From assembly GCA_965203175.1 (NCBI GenBank), contig OZ241867.1, positions 1,280,001 to 1,344,000 on the forward strand: a stretch of 64,000 nucleotides of DNA, written 5' to 3'. Origin of the DNA: Candidatus Latescibacterota bacterium (GTDB lineage: Bacteria > Latescibacterota > UBA2968 > UBA8231). The position numbers and the translations under genes are program-made. The notes under the pieces are model-generated. The model had not been told where the DNA came from, searched no databases, and was given only the letters and a program-made list of their open reading frames with translations. Of the stretch, positions 1 through 10,341 are shown one piece after another. The stretch's first letter is position 1, and each line of letters opens with the position of its first letter.

Positions 1-170
1 AGATCGAGAACTTGGGCGATGCCCCCTTGCGAACCCTGCGCTGGGACTTGCCTCTGGCGTATCCAGAAATGCCTGCGCGGCGCTTGCCGACGGAGGCCGA
101 GGTGGCCGAGCGCAAGGCGGCTGAGCGGGCCGAGCGCAAGGCGCGGGCCGAAGCAGCGCAAAAAAAGTAG
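1..170 (+). CDS. 3' end of a gene entering from the left edge (partial), unknown product
   Basis: Open frame from nt 3 (IENLGDAPLRTLRWDLPLAYPEMPARRLPTEAEVAERKAAERAERKARAEAAQKK) ending in TAG at 168-170; charged helical tail. Confidence 0.6.
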   Translation, partial: IENLGDAPLRTLRWDLPLAYPEMPARRLPTEAEVAERKAAERAERKARAEAAQKK

Positions 171-224
171 CACCGTAGGTCTCGTTGGTGCTATTGGGAA
201 GTCATTTTATATTGAAGACTTTGC

Positions 225-323
225 GGGAGCGGATGCGTGCCTGGTGGCTGTCGCGGACTTCAAATCCGTTGCGGCGTAGCGAGAGTTGCGCTGGGTGGGT
301 TCGATTCCCACACGTTCCCGCCA
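225..323 (+). tRNA. selC: tRNA-Sec (anticodon UCA)
   Basis: Anticodon arm GCGGA-CT[TCA]AA-TCCGT; long variable arm CGGCGTAGC-GAGA-GTTGCGCTG; T arm GTGGG-TTCGATT-CCCAC; acceptor GGGAGCG/CGTTCCC; G discriminator and encoded CCA (321-323). Confidence 0.96.
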
Positions 324-360
324 GATTTTAAATACCTGTAAAGATAGCGAGAGACAAGCG

Positions 361-2994
361 ATGAAATGGACTTTGGCAGCGGTGGCGTTGTTGATGGTGG
401 CACTGGCGTGGGCTCAGGACGCGGCGGTGGCGCTAAGTGCGCCCGAGACAATTCCGAGGGACCGTCCGAGCGAGAACATCGCGCTCGGGGCGAGCTATAC
501 GCTGGAGCCGGGGCCGAACTACGGGCTTTGCACCGACTCCGGTGACGCCGAGCAACTGACGGATGGGGTGTACACGGACGGCTATTTCTGGGCACAGCTA
601 TCGACCGTGGGCTGGCAGGAAAAGACGCCCTCGATCTTTACGCTGGACCTGGGCAAGGTGATGCCGATACGGGGAGTATCCTTCAACACGGCGGCGGGGT
701 TCGCGGACGTGAGATGGCCCCTGACGATCCGCATCCTCGTGGCGGGTGAGGACGAGGAATTCCACGAGATCGGGGACCTGGTGGAGTTGAGCGCCCAACA
801 ACACGGCCCACTCGTGCCGGAGAGGGCGAGCGATGTCATGTCGGTGAGCTTCAACGAGGCGGAGATACATCATCATTACGACGCCAACCGGGATCGCTAC
901 CCGCAGAAGCTCACCCCCGAATTACGTGAGCAGATCCTCCGTGATCTCCATGAAGCGGTCGCCACCCAATACGGGACGTATCGGTACTGGACGGACCGGT
1001 TGCGGGCGCACGGACGCTATGTCAGCCTGGTGGTGTGGAACGAGCCCTACACGTTCGTGGACGAGATCGAGGTCTACGCGGGAGAGCCGGAGTGGGTGAA
1101 CGAGCCTCTTCCGGGGCCCGCCATCGCCGACGTGAAGGCGTACGCGGGCCGGCTCGCCATTCAGAAAGGGATCCGGACGCGCCTGATGCGTGACATCGAG
1201 TCCCTGAGAAAGGCGGCGGAAGAGAAGGGTATCCCGCCGCAGACGCGGAATGATGTGCTGGCCGAACTGGCGGCCGTGGAAGGGGAGATGGGGCCGGCCA
1301 CGGCCTTCAGGGATGACTTCCAGGCCGTGCTGCCTCTGAATCCCTGGCATGAGAGGGTGCTTCGTACACAGGCGTGGCTGTGGCGCGCCAGGGGCCTGGA
1401 GCCGCTCGTGTTCTGGCGCTCGAACCTGTGGGATCCAGTTCCCCTCATCGGCATGCCGGACACGTCGGCGGAACCGGCCGTCGAAGTGCACCTGATGAGG
1501 AAGGAACATCGCGCCGCGGCGTTCAATGTGAGCAACAGCAGTGACCAACCGATGGAGGTGGCCTTCCGCCTGAGCGGGCTTCCCGGGGGCGACAATCCGG
1601 AGTACGTGACCGTTCGCGAGGTGGCCTGGACCGACACCCGGAGGGGAGTGGCGGTGGCCGCGGCCCTGCCTGAGGTTGCCGCGGATGAGGAAGGTCTGTA
1701 CACGGTCTCCGTACCTTCGGGCATGACGCGTCAGGTTTGGCTGACCTTCCATCCGGTGGACGTGCAGCCGGGCACGCACGAAGGCGAGGTCGTCGTGGAG
1801 TCCGTGCAGGGGGGCAAGCGGTTTCCGCTGCGCATGCACCTGTATCCCCTGGATTTTCCGGAAGAGCAGTCGCTGCACCTGGGCGGATGGGACTACACGG
1901 ACCGGATCAGTCACTTTCGCTTGGTGACCGAGCAGAACCGGCCGGCGATCATCGAGCACCTGCGCGAACATCTCGTCGACTCGCCGTGGGCCCTCAAGCT
2001 GGCGCTGCCGCGGGGCACCCACGATGCGCAAGGGGCGATGACGGTGCCGCCCTCCGCCGACTACTTCGATGCCTGGATCGACCTGTGGCCGGATGCAGCC
2101 CAGTACCTCGTCTTCGCGAAAGTGGGCCGACACTTCGAATCGTTGCCCATGGGCACGCCGGAGTTCAACACGGCGGTGAAGGCATGGATCACGTTCTGGG
2201 CGCAGCACATGGTGGCCAAGGGATTGCAGCCGGAACAGTTCGGGCTGCTCTTGGTGGATGAGCCGGACGAGCCGTGGCAGGACGAGCGCATCCTGGCGTG
2301 GGCGAAGCCCATCCGCGAAGCGGAGACAGGAGTCCGCATCTGGGAGGATACGACCCACCGGGACATGGACCGGGCGAATCAGGCGATGATCGATGCGTGC
2401 CACGTCCTGTGCCCGAACTACGTGTCCTTCCTGACGCAGGGCCAGGAGTACCGCGACTACTACCTGAAGAAGCGGGATCAGGGGATCGGGTTGGAGTTCT
2501 ACGCGGCGTGGACGAGCCGCGTCTTCGATCCCTACGCCGGCCGCCTCATGGCGTGGACGAGCTGGCGCTATGGGGCGTCGGCGATCTACATGTGGTCCCT
2601 GACCGACACGGGCGGAGCGTCGTCGTGGAACGAGTATCTCACCTACAAGGATGCGTACTCGCCGATTTTTATCGCCGAGGACTCGGTGACGGCTGGCAAA
2701 CACCTCGAGGCGGCGCGGGAAGGCGTGCAGGACTACGAGTACTTCGCCATGTTGGACCGGGCGATCCGGAAGGCGTCTGCCCAGGGGAGGAAGGGCTCGG
2801 AAGTGGAGGAGGCCCGACGGTTGCTGGAGAGCCTACCCGCGCGTGTCTGTGATGCGGCGGGCCACGGTGGTGAGATCGACACCAGCCAGCCTCTGAGTGG
2901 TTTTCACTGGTTCAACGAGAAAGTGGACCGCACCCTGGCGGACGAGGCACGGATTCAAGTGTTGGCAGCGTTGACGGAGCTGGCCGAGCACTGA
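361..2994 (+). CDS. Secreted discoidin (F5/8C-like) + GH123/DUF4091-like glycoside hydrolase, copy 1 (no C-terminal sorting domain)
   Basis: Signal peptide from ATG 361 (MKWTLAAVALLMVALAWA); QLTDG..TLDLG discoidin motifs; LVDEP and HLEAAREGVQDYEY motifs typical of DUF4091/GH123-like proteins. Confidence 0.7.
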   Translation: MKWTLAAVALLMVALAWAQDAAVALSAPETIPRDRPSENIALGASYTLEPGPNYGLCTDSGDAEQLTDGVYTDGYFWAQLSTVGWQEKTPSIFTLDLGKVMPIRGVSFNTAAGFADVRWPLTIRILVAGEDEEFHEIGDLVELSAQQHGPLVPERASDVMSVSFNEAEIHHHYDANRDRYPQKLTPELREQILRDLHEAVATQYGTYRYWTDRLRAHGRYVSLVVWNEPYTFVDEIEVYAGEPEWVNEPLPGPAIADVKAYAGRLAIQKGIRTRLMRDIESLRKAAEEKGIPPQTRNDVLAELAAVEGEMGPATAFRDDFQAVLPLNPWHERVLRTQAWLWRARGLEPLVFWRSNLWDPVPLIGMPDTSAEPAVEVHLMRKEHRAAAFNVSNSSDQPMEVAFRLSGLPGGDNPEYVTVREVAWTDTRRGVAVAAALPEVAADEEGLYTVSVPSGMTRQVWLTFHPVDVQPGTHEGEVVVESVQGGKRFPLRMHLYPLDFPEEQSLHLGGWDYTDRISHFRLVTEQNRPAIIEHLREHLVDSPWALKLALPRGTHDAQGAMTVPPSADYFDAWIDLWPDAAQYLVFAKVGRHFESLPMGTPEFNTAVKAWITFWAQHMVAKGLQPEQFGLLLVDEPDEPWQDERILAWAKPIREAETGVRIWEDTTHRDMDRANQAMIDACHVLCPNYVSFLTQGQEYRDYYLKKRDQGIGLEFYAAWTSRVFDPYAGRLMAWTSWRYGASAIYMWSLTDTGGASSWNEYLTYKDAYSPIFIAEDSVTAGKHLEAAREGVQDYEYFAMLDRAIRKASAQGRKGSEVEEARRLLESLPARVCDAAGHGGEIDTSQPLSGFHWFNEKVDRTLADEARIQVLAALTELAEH

Positions 2995-3041
2995 GTCAGG
3001 CGTTTCGTCTTGGTGCGCAGCCCTCGAAGGAGGGTCACGGG

Positions 3042-5771
3042 ATGAGATGGACACTGGCGGTAGCGTCGTTGATGGGGGCACTGGCGTGGGCCCAAGACGC
3101 GGAGGCGGGTCCGGCGGACCGTCCGGACGAGAACATTGCGTTGGCGGCGAGCTACACGATGGACCCGGCACCGAACTATGAACACTGCACGGACGACGAC
3201 GATGTCAAGCAACTGACAGACGGGGTGTACTATCGAGGGGAGGAGAGTTTCTGGACGCAACTGTCGACCGTGGGCTGGCAGGATAAGAATTCCGTGATCG
3301 TGACGCTAGACCTGGGTGCGGTGCAGCCTATACGGGGTGTCTCGTTCAATACGGCGGCGGGTCGTGCGGACGTGAGGTGGCCGCTGGCGATCCGGATCTT
3401 CACGGCCGGTGAAGACAGGCAATTCCACGAGATCGGGGATCTGGTGGGACTGAGCGCGGAACACGGCTGGCCCGTTGCGACGGGGTACGGGACGCACTGG
3501 TACTGGACGGATCGGTTGAGGACGCACGGCCGCTATGTCAGCCTGATTGTGTGGAACGAGCCGTTCATCTTCGTTGACGAGATTGAGGTCTATGCCGGCG
3601 AGCCGGAGTGGGTCGATGAGCCACTGCCCGGGCCGGCCATTGCGGATCTGAAGGCGTACGCGGGCCAGATCGGCATCCAGGCGGGGATTCGGACGCGTCT
3701 TGTGCGGGACATTCAGGCGCTGAGGAGGGCGGCGGAAGAAGAAGGTGTCCCGGTCGAGACGCGGGGCGACGTGCTGGGCGAGCTGGCGTCTGTGGAAGGG
3801 GAGTTGGGACAGGCCGGCACAGCGTTCGGGGATGATTTCCAGGCCGTGCTGCCGTTGAATCCGTGGCACGAACGGGTGTTGCGCACACAGGCGTGGCTCT
3901 GGCGCGCCAGAGGTCTGGAGTCGCTCACCTTCTGGCGTTCGAATCTGTGGGACCTACTGCCGCTCATCGGCACGCCGGACACGGCGGCGGCATTGGCCGT
4001 CGAGGTGCACCTGATGCGGCGGGAATACCGCGCCGCGGCGTTTAATGTGAGCAATAGCAGCGATGAGCCGATGGAGGTAGCGTTCCGCCTGAGCGGGCTG
4101 CCCGGCGGTGACAATCCGGAGTATGTGACGGTGCATGAGGTGGCCTGGACGGACACCCGGAGGGGAGTGCCAGTGGCCGCGGCCCTGCCGGAGGTTGTTG
4201 TCGAGAACGATCTGTATGCGGTGACCGTGCCGTCGGGCATGACGCGGCAGGTGTGGCTGACCTTCCATCCGGTGGATGTGGAGCCGGGCGTGTATGAGGG
4301 CGAGGTCGTCGTGGAGTCCGTGTCCGGGGGCAGGAAATTTCCGTTGCGCATGCACCTGTATCCCTTGGATTTCCCGGAGAAGCAGTCGCTGCACTTGGGC
4401 GGCTGGGACTATACGGATCAGGTGGGGCATCACCGCCTAGTGACAGAGCAGAACCGGTTGGCGCTCATTGAGCACCTGCGCGAACATTACGTCGACTCGC
4501 CGTGGGGCCTACCCTGGGCGCTACCTCGGGGCACGCACGATGCGCAGGGGGCGATGACGGCACCACCCAACACCGACCACTTCGATGCCTGGATCGAGTT
4601 GTGGCCGGACGCGGCTCAGTACCTGGTGTTCGCCAAAGTGGGGACGCAGTTCGAGTCGTGGCCCATGGGCACGCCGGAATTCACAACCGCGGTCAAGGCG
4701 TGGGTGACCTTCTGGGCGGCGTACGTGGAGGCGCAGGGGTTGCAGCCGGAACAACTGGCGCTGCTGCTGGTGGATGAGCCTCGCGAGCCGCGGCATGACG
4801 AGGTTATTCTGGCGTGGGCCAGGGCTATCCGCGAAGCGAACACAGGCGTCCGCATCTGGGAGAATCCGAACCACCGGGACATGGACCAAGCGAATCAGGC
4901 GATGATTGACGCGTGCCACGTGTTGTCCCCGCACCGTCAGATCTTCCTGAACGAGGGCCAGGGCTATCGCGACTACTACGTGCAGAAGCGGGATCAGGGG
5001 ATCGGATTGGAGTTCTATTCGGCGTGGACGACTCGACTTTTCGATCCGTACACGGCCCGGCTTACAGCGTGGACGAGTTGGCGCTATGGGGCCACGGCGA
5101 TGCACTTCTGGTCGATGGGCGACACGGGCGGCGCGTCATCGTGGAACGAGTATCTGGCCTCGAGGGATTCGTACGCGCCCTTGTTTATCGCTGAGGACTC
5201 GGTGACGGCCGGCAAACACCTTGAGGCAGTGCGGGAAGGCGTGCAGGACTACGAGTACTTCGCGATGCTGGACCGGGCGATCCGGGAGGCGGCGCAGGGG
5301 AGTCCGGCGGTGGAAGAGGCGCGTGGGTTGCTGGAGCGTCTGCCGGCCAGTGTCCTGGAAGCGGCGGGCCAGGAGACCCATTGGCTGAGCGAGAGCGACC
5401 GCACGCTGGCGGACGAGGCCCGGGTTCGCGTGTTGGCGGCGTTGACGGCGCTGACGACGCCGACTGCTGTGGCGCAGCCGGTCGCCGTGCCCTATGAGTT
5501 CCGGCTGGACCAAAACTATCCCAATCCCTTCAACCCCAACACCACGATCGAGTTTTCGGTCCCTATGCGGGGCGATGTCGAACTGACGATCTACAATCTC
5601 GCTGGCCAGGAAGCCCGGAGATTGCTGCGCACGGTCCTGGCTGCCGGAAATCACTCGGTCACCTGGGACGGCCGGGACCAGCGCGGACGTGAACTGGCCA
5701 ATGGCGTGTATATCTACAGGCTGCAGGCGGGGGAGCAGGTCGATACGCGCAAACTACTGCTGCTGAAATAG
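3042..5771 (+). CDS. Secreted discoidin + GH123/DUF4091-like hydrolase, copy 2, with FlgD-Ig/T9SS type-A-like C-terminal domain
   Basis: AGGAGG RBS; close paralogue of 361-2994 along almost its whole length; C-terminus LDQNYPNPFNPNTTIEF..IYNLAGQ..WDGRD..GVYIYRL..RKLLLLK. Confidence 0.75.
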   Translation: MRWTLAVASLMGALAWAQDAEAGPADRPDENIALAASYTMDPAPNYEHCTDDDDVKQLTDGVYYRGEESFWTQLSTVGWQDKNSVIVTLDLGAVQPIRGVSFNTAAGRADVRWPLAIRIFTAGEDRQFHEIGDLVGLSAEHGWPVATGYGTHWYWTDRLRTHGRYVSLIVWNEPFIFVDEIEVYAGEPEWVDEPLPGPAIADLKAYAGQIGIQAGIRTRLVRDIQALRRAAEEEGVPVETRGDVLGELASVEGELGQAGTAFGDDFQAVLPLNPWHERVLRTQAWLWRARGLESLTFWRSNLWDLLPLIGTPDTAAALAVEVHLMRREYRAAAFNVSNSSDEPMEVAFRLSGLPGGDNPEYVTVHEVAWTDTRRGVPVAAALPEVVVENDLYAVTVPSGMTRQVWLTFHPVDVEPGVYEGEVVVESVSGGRKFPLRMHLYPLDFPEKQSLHLGGWDYTDQVGHHRLVTEQNRLALIEHLREHYVDSPWGLPWALPRGTHDAQGAMTAPPNTDHFDAWIELWPDAAQYLVFAKVGTQFESWPMGTPEFTTAVKAWVTFWAAYVEAQGLQPEQLALLLVDEPREPRHDEVILAWARAIREANTGVRIWENPNHRDMDQANQAMIDACHVLSPHRQIFLNEGQGYRDYYVQKRDQGIGLEFYSAWTTRLFDPYTARLTAWTSWRYGATAMHFWSMGDTGGASSWNEYLASRDSYAPLFIAEDSVTAGKHLEAVREGVQDYEYFAMLDRAIREAAQGSPAVEEARGLLERLPASVLEAAGQETHWLSESDRTLADEARVRVLAALTALTTPTAVAQPVAVPYEFRLDQNYPNPFNPNTTIEFSVPMRGDVELTIYNLAGQEARRLLRTVLAAGNHSVTWDGRDQRGRELANGVYIYRLQAGEQVDTRKLLLLK

Positions 5772-5809
5772 CGGCATCGGTCGCCCGGCAGTCATCGGAG
5801 AGTCTTGCT

Positions 5810-7045
5810 ATGAAGCGCGTTAAGGCGTGGGGCTTTACCGTTGCAGTTGCCGCGGTTCTCGGCAGCTTCGCCCTGCTATACTTCAACTATCTCGCAAACG
5901 GGACCGTCGACCCGCCTCACGCTTTCCGGGGAGCGGCGAGCACGAGTGAAGCCTGCCGACCCTGTCATCAGTCGATCTACGACAGCTATATCAAGACTGG
6001 GCACTACCTCACTTCCACGGTCGCCACCAAGGAGACCGTTATGGGCGACTTCGGCGAAGGCCGCGATGTCGCGCGCACGCCGCTGCCAGACCTGAAATTC
6101 GCGATGGAGGAGAGGAGGGGCGGGTTTTTTCAGACAGCTGTGTACACCAAGGACACGACAGAAACATTCACCAAGCCCCTTCAGATTGTGGTGGGCTCTG
6201 GAGAGCGGGCGCAGACCTACCTGTTCTGGGAGGGGGACAGACTGTTTCAGCTGCCGGGGATGTACTTTACCCCGGAAGAGACCTGGACGCTCGCGCCCGG
6301 CTATGAAAACTGGATCATTCTGTGGGGGGATTTGCCGAACAAAAGTCTGGGAATGCTGTACCAACGACCGATCGGCGGACGCTGCATAGAGTGCCACGCC
6401 GCGACGGTCATGCCGGTAGGCTCGCCGGCAGGGTTTCGATTTCATCCCGACAGCTTTGAAGTAGGCATCAGCTGCGCCAAGTGTCACGGTCCCGGCGCGC
6501 GACACATTGCTTTCCACAAGCAGAACCCGGCAGCAGAGGAGGGCCGGCACATCGTCAACCCGGCCAGCCTGAGTCGATCGCAACAGATCTCCTCCTGCGC
6601 CCTGTGCCATGCGGGGGACGGCGTTCCGAAAACACCGCCGCTGTCATTCCGTCCGGGAGACGAAATCTCAGAGCATCTCATATACACGAAGGCGGAGCAG
6701 AAGAAGCTGTCGGTCCACGGGGGGCAGGTGCAGTTCCTCCAGGAAAGTCGCTGTTTTGCAGAGTCGGGCAGCATGACGTGCTCCACCTGCCACAATGTAC
6801 ACGAAGACGAGACGGACAAGACCGCGATGTTTTCGCGGAAGTGCCTGACCTGTCACGAGCAGTCCCACGCTGAAGATCCCGAATGCGCCCTCAATGCTGA
6901 GGGCGGGATGCTAGCGCAGGGCGACCGCTGCACTGAATGCCACATGCCCGATCAGCAAGCGAGCAATCTACCGGTGTACCGCGAGGGAGAGGAGTTGTTC
7001 CTGTCAATGGCCAATCACCGCATCGGGATTTTCAAGGATCAATAG
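5810..7045 (+). CDS. Membrane-anchored multiheme cytochrome c (7 CxxCH)
   Basis: N-terminal hydrophobic helix; CRPCH, CIECH, CAKCH, CALCH, CSTCH, CLTCH, CTECH. Confidence 0.88.
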   Translation: MKRVKAWGFTVAVAAVLGSFALLYFNYLANGTVDPPHAFRGAASTSEACRPCHQSIYDSYIKTGHYLTSTVATKETVMGDFGEGRDVARTPLPDLKFAMEERRGGFFQTAVYTKDTTETFTKPLQIVVGSGERAQTYLFWEGDRLFQLPGMYFTPEETWTLAPGYENWIILWGDLPNKSLGMLYQRPIGGRCIECHAATVMPVGSPAGFRFHPDSFEVGISCAKCHGPGARHIAFHKQNPAAEEGRHIVNPASLSRSQQISSCALCHAGDGVPKTPPLSFRPGDEISEHLIYTKAEQKKLSVHGGQVQFLQESRCFAESGSMTCSTCHNVHEDETDKTAMFSRKCLTCHEQSHAEDPECALNAEGGMLAQGDRCTECHMPDQQASNLPVYREGEELFLSMANHRIGIFKDQ

Positions 7046-7078
7046 CGCACCGTCTATCGCGTTAGAAAGGGGGAACAC

Positions 7079-8149
7079 TTGATCAAGCAAGCATGTGGAC
7101 TCGCAGCGGTCGCCCTGCTGGGTATCGCACCTTCTCAAGCTCTGCAGCGCACCGACACGGAATTCAAGATCTTCCAGTTCCCCGCCAACATGATTCCCCG
7201 CATCGACGGTCAGGCTGGCGACTGGGCGATGGTACCCGACAGCTACGCATACGGAACCGACCAGCTTTCCGATACGGTCATGGGAAACTTCACCAACTAC
7301 GACCGCGAAGATCTGGACGTCACCGTGCGCGTCGGTTGGGTCAAGGGCCTGAACCGGCTCTATTTCCTCTACGAGGCGTACGACGACTACTGGAATATGT
7401 ACGACAAATACGGCGACTTGTTCGAAATTGCAATCGACGCGGACCGGTCCGGCGGGCCGAACATTGCCAATCCCCAGATCGACGATCCGTGGGAAAGCCA
7501 CTTCCTGTTTAAGGGCGTACACGCCCAGAACTACCATATCTTCACACCTGCCGGAGAAGGACGGGATTGGGTGTTCGTCTGGGGGTGTCAGCCGTGGATC
7601 GGTAGGTTGCCGTACGCCAATCACGCGTACTCGTATGATTTCGAGGAGGGGGAGAGCGGCAAGCTCGTGCTGGAGTTCTGGATCACGCCCTTCGACTACG
7701 CTCCGTACGATGGCCCAGAGCGGGCAGCCGTGTCGAAGCTGGAGGAGAACAGCCTGATCGCCCTGTCTTGGGCCGTCCTCGATTTCGACGAGGATCACAC
7801 AGAATACGAGGGGTTCTGGAACCTTTCGCACGAGACGCGCATGGACAGCGACGCCTCGAACCTGTGCGCATTCCGATTGATGCCGCTGGAGCCGGAATAC
7901 CTCAAGCCGCTCGAGGCGGAATACTCCTTTACGATGATCGACATGGATCGCCGGATGGTCGCCTTCACGGATCGGTCCCGCGGAGAGATCACATCGTGGT
8001 CGTGGGACTTCGGCGATGGCACGTCGTCCACCGAACAGCACCCGATTCACCAGTACGAGGGACCGGGCGAGTTCGTGGTTACACTGGACATCGAGGGTCC
8101 GCAGGGAAAGGCCCGGCGCGTCAAGGTGAACCAGGTGGTGGTAAAGTGA
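7079..8149 (+). CDS. Secreted CBM9-like/DOMON-like protein with C-terminal PKD domain
   Basis: Signal peptide; PRIDG..DW, VRVGW..LYF..YDD, EIAIDADRSGG; PKD motif WSWDFGDG..STEQHPIHQY..PGEFVVTL. Confidence 0.72.
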   Translation: MIKQACGLAAVALLGIAPSQALQRTDTEFKIFQFPANMIPRIDGQAGDWAMVPDSYAYGTDQLSDTVMGNFTNYDREDLDVTVRVGWVKGLNRLYFLYEAYDDYWNMYDKYGDLFEIAIDADRSGGPNIANPQIDDPWESHFLFKGVHAQNYHIFTPAGEGRDWVFVWGCQPWIGRLPYANHAYSYDFEEGESGKLVLEFWITPFDYAPYDGPERAAVSKLEENSLIALSWAVLDFDEDHTEYEGFWNLSHETRMDSDASNLCAFRLMPLEPEYLKPLEAEYSFTMIDMDRRMVAFTDRSRGEITSWSWDFGDGTSSTEQHPIHQYEGPGEFVVTLDIEGPQGKARRVKVNQVVVK

Positions 8150-8379
8150 AGGGCGCGGATCACAGCCGCATGTTCAGGTCTCGTTACCGTCAATTGGCAA
8201 AGCACTAGTGGGCCAACCAGTTTAATTTGAAGGGTCGGGGTTTTTGTTGTATCCTTGCATGGCCTAGTTCAGCCAGCCGCGCCTAGACATTCACAATCCG
8301 ACGGGCGCTCGACATTGCGACGCCAATTTTGGCGTCGGACCGCTCAATGGTATCAGCTTCCTCTAACTCTTTCTGCCAG

Positions 8380-10341
8380 ATGACGACGGGAATGTTCCTG
8401 CTTGTCTTAATTGCCCTCGCGCTCAATGCACGCGACGCTTCGGGCGTGATTATCTACCGCATCGGCGCGCCCTTTTCCGAGGCGGAAAGGGATAGCTTGG
8501 AGGAAATCGGCATCGATTTCAGGGAGCTCGACTGGTCGGAAAACTCGCAGTTGGAGGACGCCCTCGATCCGGACTCGCTACAGGCGGGCGTACTGCAGCC
8601 CAATTTCTTCGCCGAAGACGAGGATATCGCCGCAACGCTGTTGAGCAGAGACGGCTGGGTGGCCGTGCAGCGGGAAGCTGGTAGGGGCAACTTCGACCAG
8701 ACGGTCGGGAACCTGCTGGTCGATCAGGATCCGAGTACGGCGCACACATGGAAGGCCATAGATCAAGCGACCCTCGACTTTCGCGCCGCCTGTTGTAGCG
8801 ACCCCGGTGCATCGTTGAGAGTGCATCTCGATCTAGGTGGACGATTCCTCATCAAGGAGGTAAGACTGCGGACTCTGGCGGACAGGTCGGATCACTTCCT
8901 GGAGCAATTCGTCATCGGTGTCAGCGACGAGAGATACGGTATAATTGGACACGTCCCGAATCTCCCACCTGTTGTGGAGATAGAGGGCAATACTGAACCC
9001 GAAGTCAGCGTGATGCTCGATCGACCCGTGACGACCAACTTTGTGCAGTTGCGGATCCTTCGGCAAACGCCCAAGGAGATCGGGCTGGCCGCTTTCGAGT
9101 TGTACGGGGGGGGGTACGTGAGGAAGGCCTCATATGAATCCGACGTCATCGAACTGGACGACATCGCCAGTCTAGGCGAGATCCGCTGGTCGGGACGGCA
9201 GGATCCCCGCGCCCGGGTCGCGATCCGCACTCGGGCAGGAACCGATCCGCACCCGGTCGTTTTCTGGGAGACCCGCCCCGAGCAGCAGGACATCGTCAGG
9301 TTTCTCCAAGGGGGCGGCGATCTGAGTCTGACGGAGTACAAGCGCCAGTACGACAAACTGGATGATTTCCTCAAACCGGAAGACGAGCAGGACCGGGTGC
9401 GTCCCGACACGGAGCACTGGAGCTTCTATTCGAGTCCGTATGCGTTCGGGCATCCCGGGGTCCCTATTGCATCCCCCGGGCCGCGGAAGTTCGTCCAGAT
9501 CAGAGTGGATTTTGCCTCTACCACCGTCGCAGAGGGGGGCAAGATCGACTACATAGAGTTCAAGGCGTCGGTCCCGCCGTTGGTTCGCCGCTTGGTAGGG
9601 GAAATTCACCCAACCGAGACCGAGGTGGGCAAAGCGACTCAATTTACGTATTACATCAGTCCGACGATCCGGTCCACCGACAGCAGTTTTGACGGGGTGG
9701 AGATCGCGACGCCTTCAGGCGTGGTGTCGGTCGATTCACTGCGCATAGCCGGCATCGATCAGCAGGATTTCTCTTGGACTATCCACGGAGACGGTCTGGG
9801 GTTTGAGGTTCTGCTCCCGCGCCGGCTGGAGCCGGCGGACAGCGGTGCGCTGGTGGAGGTGGTGTTCACCGCTCCGGTACTGAGAGAAGTGGGCACCCTG
9901 TTTGCAGGCAGGGTGTTCGACACGACTAGGCCGCACGAGGTGCGGCAGCGGGTCGTGCCGGGCAATGCTACCAATGAGATCGAAGGCGATCGTTTGTCGG
10001 TGAGAACGGCTCTGAGCGAATCGCTGGTGTTTTCGCCGCGGATTTCGCCGAATCCGTTCACGCCGAACAGCGATGGGGTGAATGAGGTGGTGAACATATC
10101 GTACAAGCTGCTGCGGTTGACCTCAGCGGTGCCGGTAGCAATCGAGATCTACGATCTGTCGGGCCGGCTAGTGCGGCGGGTGTATGAGGGGGAGGATCCG
10201 GTGGGAGAGTACAGCCACGTGTGGGATGGCCGGGACGATTCGAACGGGCTAGTGCCGCCGGGGCTGTATCTGTACCGGCTGGTGGTGGACGTGCAGTCGG
10301 ATCAGGAGACCAGTAGCGGCGTCGTTGCGGTGGCCTATTGA
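8380..10341 (+). CDS. Secreted discoidin/Ig-like protein with FTPNxDGxN + FlgD-Ig C-terminal domain (family member 1, subtype B)
   Basis: Signal peptide after ATG 8380 (start uncertain, ORF open from 8329); PNPFTPNSDGVNE, IYDLSGRLVR, WDGRD..PPGLY, ends VAVAY. Confidence 0.75.
   Translation: MTTGMFLLVLIALALNARDASGVIIYRIGAPFSEAERDSLEEIGIDFRELDWSENSQLEDALDPDSLQAGVLQPNFFAEDEDIAATLLSRDGWVAVQREAGRGNFDQTVGNLLVDQDPSTAHTWKAIDQATLDFRAACCSDPGASLRVHLDLGGRFLIKEVRLRTLADRSDHFLEQFVIGVSDERYGIIGHVPNLPPVVEIEGNTEPEVSVMLDRPVTTNFVQLRILRQTPKEIGLAAFELYGGGYVRKASYESDVIELDDIASLGEIRWSGRQDPRARVAIRTRAGTDPHPVVFWETRPEQQDIVRFLQGGGDLSLTEYKRQYDKLDDFLKPEDEQDRVRPDTEHWSFYSSPYAFGHPGVPIASPGPRKFVQIRVDFASTTVAEGGKIDYIEFKASVPPLVRRLVGEIHPTETEVGKATQFTYYISPTIRSTDSSFDGVEIATPSGVVSVDSLRIAGIDQQDFSWTIHGDGLGFEVLLPRRLEPADSGALVEVVFTAPVLREVGTLFAGRVFDTTRPHEVRQRVVPGNATNEIEGDRLSVRTALSESLVFSPRISPNPFTPNSDGVNEVVNISYKLLRLTSAVPVAIEIYDLSGRLVRRVYEGEDPVGEYSHVWDGRDDSNGLVPPGLYLYRLVVDVQSDQETSSGVVAVAY

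Noticed and set aside
100-160. Repeated GGCCGAGCGCAAGGCG units
   Set aside because: They encode a low-complexity AERKA helical tail; a coding repeat, not a DNA element.
286-360. ORF-track N-terminal extension of the first hydrolase, plus ORFs 19-279 and 260-595
   Set aside because: They overlap tRNA-Sec; the signal peptide and the paralogue alignment place the start at ATG 361.
922-2703. Long antisense or alternative-frame ORFs (922-2703, 38536-40125, 42001-43026, 37121-38152, 7004-8050)
   Set aside because: Shadow ORFs expected in GC-rich DNA, opposite or overlapping well-supported genes, with no recognisable motifs.
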